A DNA stretch of 64,000 nucleotides from assembly GCF_031769215.1 (NCBI RefSeq), contig NW_026781993.1:434001-498000 (forward strand), given 5' to 3'. Below are positions 38,838-51,400 of the stretch, piece after piece. How positions within the stretch are numbered: position 1 is the stretch's first letter; each line of letters starts with the position of its first letter. The notes below the pieces were generated by a model. It had not been told where the DNA came from and ran no database searches. It was given only the letters and a program-made list of their open reading frames with translations. Made by a program: the position numbers and the translations under genes. The DNA comes from Ylistrum balloti. Its lineage: Eukaryota.

Positions 38838-39437
38838 CAGTTTCTTTAAAGACAATCACCTGTATATTGAAAAAAAATCCTATGGTTTCAACATTGCTCC
38901 ATGTTCTTCACTTGCAAAGTTTCATCGTACAGTTGGTCGACTGATGACGGGTCTTCAGATTTCACATAGCTCAATACATTTCAGATAGAAAATTATCATC
39001 CACCCGGAAGTAAATATACTTTTGGATACTCTCTGACTTTATTCGTCAATCATTGCTATATTGGAAAGAATAAAAATAAAAGGAAGAAAGTTTCATTTTT
39101 TTTTTGTTTGAGACAACATCGAATTGAAAACGCTTGTGTTTTGAGTTTCCGAAAGTTATCTTCCACTTTCTGTGGAAATTTGATATTTTTCATATAAATT
39201 TGAAAGCACGTATGCCATCTTATAATATAACAAAGATGTTGATTGGCACACTCACCGAAGAGTAACCAATCACATGTCGCCTTACAAATATTGACGTCAT
39301 CGATAGAAATTCGCCATTTGCAATGTACGAGGAACAAGGAAGGTTGTGTGGAGTGGCATTTTGTTTTTCATTATGAACATTTTTGGCCTGTGATTACACC
39401 ATTTGTGTGAAAGACTTTTACTAATTCGTACGTGAAG
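38838..39437. promoter_or_regulatory. Compact bidirectional promoter region between RAB30 and PCF11
   Basis: ETS CCGGAAGT at 39004-39011, opposed CCAAT boxes (ATTGG 39242-39246, CCAAT 39266-39270), palindromic CRE TGACGTCA at 39292-39299, YY1-like CGCCATTT at 39312-39319. Candidate minus-strand donors for the RAB30 non-coding exon at 38860 (CAG|gtgatt) or 38838 (CTG|gtatgt). Confidence 0.6.
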
Positions 39438-42400
39438 ATGGAGAACGAAGTTATCAGCGACTATCAGTCGTCCCTGGTGGATTTGACGTGCAACAGCAAG
39501 CCGTTGATCAACATGCTGACCATGCTGGCAGAAGAAAACGAGCAATATGCATCGCATATTGTCGAAGTGATCGAATCGCATATAAATCAGGTCTTCTATT
39601 ATTTTTTCGATTTATAATACTATGGTTATAGCAATATAGTCTATTTCGCTTCGTTGAATTGAATGATGTGTTAGTCTGTATAGTCGTTCTCGTTGTTCAC
39701 CCTGTTTAGTCACGTGACTGATCACAAGAAACAGCTGTTCATAAATTAACAACTTCGTTTCATGCTTATTTTGCTATTTTGTAATGTGTCTTTATTTGTT
39801 TATTCTAAAGAAATCTTCTTATCCCTTCTCTACTATATTAATTTGTTTTTCAGGCTATATATTGTTGTCTTTATGAGTACATATCTTTGGCATTGTATAT
39901 TTATTGTGTACAACTTGCTGATATATGAATAAAGATGACATTGCAGTGTCTGTATTTTGTTAACAGTGACGCTTATGATGAGCCAATAACAGAATGGAAA
40001 GTTTCTTTGAGAAATCCAATGATAATTTTAGGACTGGAATTTTTTGAATTTGTAACCATTTACATATCAGCAAATCCAGTTACCATATGTGCATTTCATA
40101 ACTGGATTATGTACCTACTGACAGATAACAGTGATCAATCTACATGTCAGTCTTGAGTCCTGGACTTATGGAATTTTCATGGAACTCAGAAATACTTTAA
40201 AATTTGCATTGCGGGACCCATTGTTTTAGCAATATTAGCATAAAGTTGAAAAGGACTCATGAAAATAAATTGTGGACTGATCACTGAGATAAGCAAAAGC
40301 ACTGGTGATAACTAATATAAAGTTAAAGTATCCTTGATATATCACGTGTGACTTGTCAATATCAGACTACCCCAACATACAGGAACCAACCCATAGACAT
40401 ATAGAATGCTAGTAATGTGACGTTTAAGGTGGAAGAATTTCTCATTCGTGAAATAATATGGCACAAGTATTTAAATAAAAATCTCCGAAATTTGTTGGCA
40501 GTATTGCAACTACATTAATCTAAACCACCAAATTTAAATCAATAATATTCAGAACCTCTTTGTGAGTGCAAGTGTAGTCAAATGTGTTATGTTTTTATTT
40601 AAAAAGTTAAAAAATCAATATTGACCGACTGCATTTCAGAGACAAAGTGGTATCATAAGTATTTTAAATAGAGTAAGTATAAGATTAAAATGCAATACTT
40701 CAAAAGATTGTTGGAACTGAAAGTTTGCTGAAGCAGAAGTGCTCATGTGTTCCCTTATAAGTTAAGGCTTTGCATAAAATTTGTAATGCTTAGACTGCAT
40801 CATGTCTATTTGGTCAAAAAGGTTATCAAATACTTCTTACATGAATTGTTTAAGTGTTACTTTTCTGTTATAGGACAGAAATTAGTAGAAGTTAAACTAG
40901 CAGTTGTATAAAATTAATGCAACATCTCACATATAAAACATTATATTTACCCTAATATTTATGAAATTCTTGAAATAATTCTGGAAGACACCATGACTTG
41001 TTTCTTGCTATACTATAACATGTCTGGTTGAAAATTTGACTGGCCTGGACAGCAGGCCTCTGAACCATCACCCAAATTATCTAAAAACATACCACAGAAT
41101 GACTTGCTCAAAACAGAGAAGAATTTTTCTCTTTTGATTAATAAAAAAATTTAATGCTGACAACTTCAACAAACTTTCCCTTTTAAACTGACAGTGTTGG
41201 TTTATATTAGTAAAGTTTAATTGCATACTTAGATGAGGTCTGTTTTAAAAAGTGGAATACATTTATTTTCTGCTAAGCTGAGAAATCTTAGCATAATTCT
41301 ACCTAACTTATTTTGAAGAGAACCATAAAGAAAGTTATGGTCACTTAGTCTTCAATTGTATGGATGGTTTTACCAACAGAACTACTGCAGTGTAATTGAT
41401 GTTATTGTGTTATGAAAAATAATTTGTTTGAAGAATAAAAGAAATGAAGAAGATATTTGATGAAGACAACTGAAGAAGTGATGTGATGGCGAAGACCAAT
41501 GAAGAGGTGATTGATGTGGTCAGCTGTGACAGAAATGCCTGAGAGATGATGAGGTTCAGTCAAGCCAGATGGTGAAGAAGACTGGAGAGTCTATGATGTA
41601 TATGTTCTGTTCACACTTGTTCATACTTTCTGTATTGTTGCTATGTACTTGTGTGTTTTCCCAGCTTAGCGGTTTTAGGGCAGTGATCTAGCCCATTATC
41701 ATTTGTTTCTTTCTTTTTTTCGCTGTAAGATTATCAACTTTCATGTAAGTAATTAGTGAACCAGATAAATATATATGCAAAAACTTGAAATTTTTTTAAA
41801 AGTTGTGATTTAATTGTTTTACTAAAACCCCATGGGAAAACACTATTTATATGGTCTGGTGGTGAATCCAAGGAGCATTGTCCAGACTTTGTTTGTGATC
41901 TGCAGTAGTTCTGATTGTCATGTCATCCATATCATAAAAATTGAAGTCAAGTAGTAATTGAACATTATTCATGCTCAGAAAAGGTAATGGCAGTGCCAAC
42001 TGAAACAGATTTCTTCTCTTAAAATGACAATTTAATCTATAATCAAAATCTAATTTAAATGACTTAAAACGTTTCATGAACACAGGAGTACAGTTGGTTT
42101 ATAACATCTTCTGAGACCCGGTTGGTTGTAATAAGAAAACCAACTTTGATATGTGAATAATTTGCAATAAGGACATTCTCTTTTACTAATGAAATCATTG
42201 GATGTTTACCTTGCGTACTCGTGATATTTGACAAAACATGACATGTAGTTTGAAGTGATACATCGAGAGCACAAAGGGTATGAGTAACTGCTAGTTTAAA
42301 ATCCTTCCCTTCTTCCCCTCATAAAAGAAATCATGTGACTTATCTCGCCATAAATTATCTACTTTCATAAGCTTATGAAGAAAATTGCAATTTCATGTGG

Positions 42401-45400
42401 GGATGAAATGCACTGGTCCCGATACAGTTTGAAACCTTTATGAGAATAAATGGTTTGTACTAGTTATTGCTGGAACATTGTATTCATACTAAAATATATG
42501 TTTTCCTGGTATTTATCATGCACACACCGCATTAGTTGTGAAGACTTCAGAAAAAAATAATAAGTATGCACACTAAAAGTAGTCTGTACCAGTTTGTAAT
42601 ATCAGTTGGGACTTGATATTCATCTTGTGTCCAAAGAAAATGTTGCATAATCTGTTATTTACATTGTGGAATCACAGCTAACAGGAAAGTACATGTCGTG
42701 CTCATTATGACCATGGTTACAAAAAAATAGGTTCCTTAATGAGGGTCACTGAATGCAACCAATGTACCATCTCTCACAAGTTACTACGCATACTTAGAAA
42801 AACATTACTTGTGTATTATCTAGAAATTACTGTAAATGTGAATAGCTAGTACATGGCACTGAATAAGTGATGGACATGATGAAAGCATACCAAATGACAT
42901 AATCACTGATGCAGATTTTCCTTGACCTTTATATGACTACATATGCTTTAAAGCGATCATGACAAGCTGACAACAATAAATCTAGACAGAATCGGACCAT
43001 TTTGATAAAAATCCACATGTCCATGTTCTCTACAATATTTAAACATCAAGATTCTACTAATTTAGAAATACGCACTTATTCTGAAAAAGTTTTTAAAGGA
43101 AATGTAAACTGCATCTGATGACATTTATTTTGGAGAATTTATTTCATTCCTGAATGGATATACTAATGTAATGTATATAGATCTGCTTTGATTTCTATAC
43201 ATGGGTCAGGAGGGAAATTCTGTAATATGGAATATTTTTGGCATGGTCGTATGGATTTTTGTCTAAATTTGATCCCTTACTGTCCTCTGTACAGTAATTT
43301 TTGACTTGAATTCGCTGTCCCATTCAAAGACACAGATATACATACCGGAGTGTAAATTCTGTGTTGATAGCTGTAGACATAAAAAGACGACTCAACCAAA
43401 GGAACCAGGTTTCCTGCTTTCTTCAGCCCCGTGGCTGGAATGACATGGACTGTTATATAAATTTTGAAATAAAGATTTTCAACAAATTATTTGTCAGAGT
43501 TTGATATTCCTTGCCCACTGAATTTGGCATGATTCTGAATATGGTTGCAGGGATTTTTCATGTCTCTTATAAGCATATTTAATAGATTTGTTGACCCTCT
43601 AGAAATTTCTAAAAAACATACCATATTTCATGAAAATGCAACCTTTTCAGGTTCATGTCTGGAATTTCATTCACTTCTGGTACCCTAGATGCATGGCTTT
43701 TTTTCCTTGTCGGTCCATGATGTATCCATTTTCATATTTGGTCATTTTATAATGAATAAAAAAAATGTGTGAATGTGTCAAGCATGCAAAGTATTGAAAT
43801 TCTGACCCATTTGGAAGTAATGACTTGGAAAAAGCCATGCAGTGTATCAAACATTCATATATACTTGGATCATTCATTTAATATGTAATGTATTCATTCT
43901 GGAATCAGAATCTATCTCAAACAATCTAAATATTAGAATTTCGGACACAGCTTGATCTGTAAATTCATTTTCAATTTCAATCATATATGGTGAATAATGG
44001 TGTAATTTTATCTGCTTCTGTGTAATGAATGAATACATTACATAGACATCGGAAGATACAAGGTAGACTGTAGCTTCCATATGGTACAAGTGAATCAATT
44101 GATCGCAGACTTCTTACTGTAAATTACTGGACTGATAGTATACAGAGGGTAAAAATTGAAGAATTATGATTTGTGAACATATTTTGACATTTGCATTGGT
44201 TATCACGATAGTTTGCAATCCATAGTGGAATATTTGAAGAATTGATGGAAATACATCAGGTGTACTGATAAGCATTATGTGCTTCAGACCTTTGACATGT
44301 TGAATGAGACACAACAGACCAATTATACATGATGTAACATTTCCATAGCACCATACTAGTAATTTTAGTAATGGGAGAAATTACAACAGTGTATATGTGA
44401 ATTAGTCAAGTTTTTGAAAAGTTTTGTAATTAATGATCTAGTTAATGAGGTAGTTGGTGTTACAAATTGGAAAATGTTCACCATTAATTGGTTGTGCACT
44501 TTCAGGGATCATTTTGTATACAAAGTGGTATTTGATCTGGGGAAAAAAGTTTTGCTTTAATTTGGTAGCAGTCCATAGTATAGATATATACAGTGATATT
44601 CTGGGACTCCGCTATTTCAGCCAGGACTTGTGCTTTTCAGATGGAACTCTGGACTCACCTGAAAAAATCTTTTTAAAAATGCAATATATAACAACTACTA
44701 AATTTATTTACCTATGCATAGGAAACATTTGAAAGTGAAAGAGATTTATTTGTGAAATAATTTGTGTAAATGGAAAGTTTTTTTGGGGGAATGAAAAGGT
44801 CATAAACCAAACAACTTGAAACTAAGGTTTGATACCTGAAAGTGTGCACTCAGAATGTTGTACAGCCAAACATGACATCTGACTGCCCAATTTGAGTGAT
44901 TATACTGGATTTATATACAAACTGGAGATGTCCAATATTTCTATAGTATGAATTGATATTGACCAATTCAACAAACGATGTTAAAGAATATCTGATTGCA
45001 AGCGAGAAAAAGAAATAACAGCATGCCAAAGTTTTCAAAAAAAAAAGTATTCATAAGTAATTGTAGTTCAACATTATTGAAAGTCATTTTAATGATATAC
45101 AAAACTAAAAAGAGAAAATTTCAAAATAATCCTGTTTTGGTAAGTATAAAGTGCAATATTTTCAAAAGAGATTAAAACGATTATTTCTGATATCTTTCAA
45201 TGGTTTAAATCTCATATCTTACAGGTAATGTAAAACATAATTTCATGTTGTGTTTAGAACAACATGGAGGGGAAGAAAGAGTGGGCTGTGGGAGCCTGGT
45301 TTCAGATTTTACTGTATATCTTTTTATAGCTGTGCTTTCTCATTGCAGATTTTCAAGGTCTGGACTGTTTCTGGAGATGAAGAAGGATTTATGTCTGTAT

Positions 45401-48400
45401 TTCATGTTTTCTGTTTTTGTATTAACAGGCGGATGAAAAGAAGAAACTGCCATCGCTCTATCTAATAGACTCCATTGTCAAGAATTTGCCCAAGACCACA
45501 TATCCAAGTCTTTTTTCTCACAACATTGTCTCAGTGTTCTGTGGAATGTTTGAAAAGGTTAGCATCCAGTGTCATCCTCACATGTAACACAGTGTACATA
45601 ATGATTCATCATGTTGATCCTTTGAAGACGAATGATGTCTTTGAAAGTGTTTGACAGAATGTTTCATTGAAAGAATGAGTGAATAAAAATATTTCATAAA
45701 TATGTATGATGTATATATAATCTAATGGATAATATTGAATCAATAGGGATTTGTGCTAGAAACTGCTGTACAATTCATGTCAGAGTTTTGTATGAGCATA
45801 TGTCCCTTGAAATTTTTTACTGCATATCTATTCATGCAAGGTATTGACCTGTTGTAATATGATTGGGAATGAGAAGTTTTGTCACAGTGAGGTAGCATAT
45901 GTGCCGCAGTCATTTAGAAAATTATTTTGTAGGGAATTATATTTTATTGCAAGACTCTGAACAGATAGTTGTGATGATACGAGGTGATGGGAATGTCAGT
46001 ATTGGTGAAAGTGAGGAATTTCTTTCAGTGAATCACTTTGATAGTGTTTTTGGTATGTTGGAATATTAATAAAATGGTGTTTGAATCTTGTGTTCAATAC
46101 ATTTCAAGTCTTGAAGCTTAATGATTTGAGAGAGTTTGAGTTTGCATGTCTTACAGATCCTTTTTAGAACTAACAAAATGCATTCAGTAAAAATCCAAAA
46201 GAAAAAAAGCATTGTATTGAAGTAACTTGTCTAGTCAAACTAGCATTAAGAAGTTTGATAAGGAAATTATGGCAAAAGAATATGGAAAGAAATTTTTTTT
46301 AAAAGTCCGATCATTCTGATACCATGTACCATGCTGAACAGAGGAGAAAATGTTCATTAGTATTCATCAATCATCATGCAGTAACACATTTCATACTGAT
46401 AATCATTTCTGTTTTGAATATAAGGAAAGAAAGAAAAATTCCATGTGTTAGTGCAAAAATAAAGTTATAACGTGGATATGATGAATCACATTTCTGAAAA
46501 TGTTCTTTTGGGGCAATCAGATTTGTCTTTTGTAGCCTGCTAATTGTACAAGTAAATGGACCCAGCGATTCACAAAAGAGTTTGAAAGGAAAGTAATAAA
46601 GGTGAAAAACTAGCTGTTCATATGAGAAAATCAGAGAAAAAAATCCAACTTTAATAGAACCAATAAAAAGACTAAGGAACCTCTTGTTATAAGTTTTTAT
46701 TGTTCTGCTGTTATTCAATCGACTGCATGCTAAGTTATACAAGCATTTGTTTCCAGAAACCTACAATCTTAAAATCTTTCCGATATAATTTCTTGACATG
46801 GAAATGATGGGCAACTTTCATTTGACAGTTTACAGCCAAGTCATTAAGGTAAAATCCTACTTAACAGAAGTATGATTTGCTACAAGGGTCCCATTATTTG
46901 AGGAATCACTCATCTCTTTATCTTAATTTTATCAATCTTTTCTTGTTATTTGCTCACCAGAGACTCCCTGTAATGTAACCTTTCATACAACATGCATGAA
47001 ATGACAATGAATTTAGGATTTCTGTCTTTTTCTTTGGTCTCTTATTATGAATTGATCTAAGGAATATGTCAAATCCCGCTTATCTTTGAAAATAAAGAGG
47101 AAGTCAGGACAGGAAATGCCTAACCTATGAGAATATTGGTAAAACAAATACTTTTTCAGAAGAAAATGTTCTTTGCATACTCTCTTCCATTTCATATTTG
47201 AAATTTTCTTCTATGACTGGAGACAAACTATCTTTTCAGGATACTTGGTTTAATTTAAATTTATTTTCTTTCCTTTTCATGGAGATATCAAATGGAAATT
47301 GAGATGTTTAGTATGAATTCATCAAATTCATAAATATATATATGAGTAAAGGAATCCTTTCATTCCAACACCATCACATGTGACATTGAAATTGTGTTAT
47401 TATTTAACTCGGTACTCTGATAATGTTGTTAGATTAAGCTATGATACTTTCGTTGAGATGGAGACATGCCCTTCATCTTGAGACTATTATGGAACCTGCA
47501 GGTATTGAATTGAAGTGGTAAAATTGAGAAGAAATAAAATGAAATTTATGTACTTTCCTGAGATTGCACACACTGCAGTACATGGTACATTTGTTTCCTG
47601 GTGGAATATAAGTCTCAGTGTATGTACAGGAAATTGTACTTATCCAGGAGATGGACTGTGGAACAGATGGAGAATTTGGTACTTAATCTAGGACTTGCCA
47701 TTTAAAGGAAAGAAATTCTTGTTATATTCAAAATGAAAACACTAAACGATATGGCAGTGTGGTATGTTTACAACAAGTCAAATAGATGAAAGGATTTCTA
47801 AATCAGAAATGTAATGGAGTCAAACTTACAACAATCTGACCATCACTTCATGGATTTACTAACATTAAAGAGCAAACAATTGTCTCTTATCTCTGGATGT
47901 TTGGAAAACAGCTGCCTTTGCTCAGGAGTGAAAATGTCCACGGGACTTGTAAAAAATATTTAAGTTATTTTTTTCCAGTATTCGTATCTGTCATCTGAAT
48001 TCATAGTCACAGTTAATTTCTAATTCTGAAATCATCACATCTATCAAATATAATATCCAAGTTGTCAGTTCTGAAGTAATTGAAAAATCTTGAACCACTC
48101 ATTGAATATTGGATCCAATTTCGTATGTGCGGTTATCACCTTGCAGGACATTTTGTCTGAATTCATGCACTTTACATACGACTCTAATTTCTTTTCCTGG
48201 TTATAAAAAACAAGAAGAAAACATGCTGTTTTCATTGTTACCTATTTATCCTTCAAGGAAGCCTACTTGGATATTGCCTGTTTATTGAAAGTATATCTCA
48301 TTTTATGTTCAGAGTTAACACTCTTGGTTTATGTAGTTGAAAAAAGCTAATACATGATATAGTCTTGTATCAAATTTAAAGTCATTGCTCTCATATGGCC

Positions 48401-51400
48401 TCTGCACATATCGGTTCAAGACCATTAAACAGGTCAGTTTTATATCCAAGATTTTGCCAACTTTTAGCACTTTTCAGGTTTGATAACATGACACTAGGTT
48501 TATGATCCTCCACCTGACACTTAATGAAGTTTGACTGTTCAGCAAACACAATTCCATTCTAACTTGCATGTCCTTAACAGCTTGTCTTTCAATTATTGAC
48601 ACATTGTGGAGGTCATGATTTTGAAAACAAACACTTTAACTGGTCATTACATAAGTAAAACTGGTCATTACATGCAAACAGTACAACTGGTCATGAATTA
48701 CATACAGTACAACTGGTCATTACATACAAACGGTACAACTGGTCATTACATACATACAATATAACTGGTCATAAATTATTTGCAGTACAACTGATCATTG
48801 ATTGAATACAGAACAACTAGTCATTAGAGTACAACTGGTCATAAAACTATAGGCAGCACTACTGGTCATAAGTTATAGGAAATAAAACTGGTCATTTATT
48901 ACCTGAAAGAAAACTGGTCATCCTTACATACAGTACAACCGGTCATAATTCATATGCAGTAAAACTTGTCATCCTTACATACAGTACAACCGGTCATCCT
49001 TACATACAGTACAACTGTGTAAATGGTAAAAAAATCATTGCTGCTTAAATGTTGCACAAATATCTGTACAATACTTGTAAAGTATGAGGAAAACCATTAA
49101 ATCTGTTTCAGGTTGAGGTAAAATCTATTCAAGTATTTAAGATTGTTAAATTGGCTTTGTAAGAACTTTTTCAGGATATCAAAGTCTGTTGTTCTGGTCA
49201 AATTTTTGTTACCCATATATAGGTGAATGTGACATGCCTCCAAGAGGCTTGAATAGTTGGTGTTCTTCCTGTATAACAGATTTTGATCAAACTTCACATA
49301 GTATTGTCTCCCCTGGTTAAGGTCAAGGACAAAGCCATCACTTCTATCACCAGATATTCTGTTTAAATACAATTTGAATGATATTGCTATACATTGAGGT
49401 CAATTTCAGCTATGAAACACAGGTCATCATTTTAGTATTAATTGGCAGGTGTCTGTTAACCAACAGTATCGTGAAGCAACTAAGTTAAATCTTAGAAGTG
49501 ATCAGTATTCTGTCAGCTAAAGAATCTTTGATTACCGCATTTTAAATGTAATAACTGATGACGAATATTAGCTTCAAAATAAATATTATTTGAAAACAAA
49601 ATAATAATAGACATTTGTTAAACTTGATGTTGAAATAATAATAATAGAAAACTATGGTATACAGTTGTTGTTAGAGTATTAAATATTTGTATCACAAAAG
49701 TGATCAAATGATTAAATATTTGATTATATCTAATTTGGAAGAGAAGATATCTGTTCATGTTTTGCAGAAAAAATGTTTGTAATATGATGTACAGGATAGT
49801 CCAAACTGGAATATCAAATTCAACAAGGATGCGTGGGGGAATGTGTTGATCTTACATGGTTGTGATGAATTTGATATTCACATTAGGAACAAGGACAAAA
49901 ACAAGAATCGGTAAAATTAAGGAACTGCGATGATTTACCATTACAATTTTTTTTTTTTTGAGGGAGTTGGGCAGAGGGGGTATTGATCACCATACCTCTG
50001 CAGGATGACTACTAGAAGGGTGTGTGAAACTAAAATTGCATTTTAATTTATAATAACACTATCTGGTGCTCTGGTTGCCTTCGCTAGGTGGATGAGAAAA
50101 CAAGACAATGTATGTTCAAAGTACGACAGACGTGGAACGAAATATTTCCAAATAGGAAACTATATGCTGTAGATGTACGAGTGAACCTTGTGGATCCAGC
50201 TTGGCCGATCACTGCCCAGCCACCTGTTGAGTCTAGTATCCATGTCAACCCAAAGTTCCTGGCTGCAAAGGTAGGCTTGGTTGACAGGTGTTGTATAGTA
50301 CTAAATAATTACTATTCAATGTCTCCTTAAGATTTACACTTAAATGATAAATGGTAGAAATTTACTGGAAAAATATCCAACCTGTCATCGTTTTTGATAT
50401 TAAGTGATCTTGATCAGCCTTTGATTTCACAATTTGATAGGATTATTTTGGGGAGGGGGAAGAGGTAAGTAGTTGCAGCATATTCAGGAGATGTTGGGAG
50501 GGGGGGGGAACATGATGAATGAGAAAAGTGAGAACAGTAATATTGCATAGCAAGTGTTCATCAATAAGCTGTTGGTGGCCTGCTCGAATAGAATTTCTTT
50601 TTTGTTAAATAGGTGTTTTACATTTGAACACTATTATATTGATTTTCAAAGGTTAGCACACAAAATAGTTTTTAAAGTTCTAAAATGTTGCTTTCTCGGC
50701 TAATGATCTGTCAATTCTTGTTTGTAAGAAACATAGTGCTAAAAGAGAATAGTCTGCTGTATATTGGATAATAAGTGTGATTCTCACAAGGTGACAAGAC
50801 CAATATACTTACAGACAATGCAATGTAAGTGAAGTTGGAGGTATATTTTGCATTTTAAACCTAAATCCTGTTAACTGCTTTGTCACCAGGTCCAAAGGAC
50901 CACGTTGGTCTTTGTAATTACTGTAAGTCACATTCTGACTAAATCTTGTAGGCTTGTAATCCAGTCTTAGACTGGATATATTTCAATTTCAAAATTCATG
51001 TTTTTAAATCGTTATGGAAATAACTTTTTGGTAAGATAAATAGTGGGTTTTTTTTTTCAGTTTTAAATGAAGTTTTTTGAAACAAAAGTGCATTCTGTAC
51101 TAGTTATGGAAACTCAATTGCTGTACATTTCCATGAACAATTTGGACATTTCATCAAATGTTGCATCCACCTTGAATTTATCAGGAATTTTCACACATGT
51201 TAGATATTTAAAGGAAACAATTGTTATTTTAATAGCAGAAAGAAGAAGAGATTTTGGACGACGAAGATCTCATCATCCACGACACTGTAACTGAGGAACA
51301 GGAGGCGTTGATGCGCCAACAACTAATTGCTAAACAACAGGAACTACTCAAATTGCAGCAACAACGTCTCGAGCTTGAACTGAAGGAGACTAGAGCCAAA

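Noticed and set aside
42876-42970. ATGATGA ... CTGA ... CTGA arrangement suggesting a box C/D snoRNA in PCF11 intron 1
   Set aside because: No terminal stem and no guide complementarity to rRNA or snRNA that I can recognise. A snoscan or Rfam search would settle it.
45205-45230. cttacag|gtaatg, resembling a recursive-splicing ratchet point
   Set aside because: Only about 200 nt from the true acceptor in a 5.8-kb intron, with a weak pyrimidine tract; likely chance.
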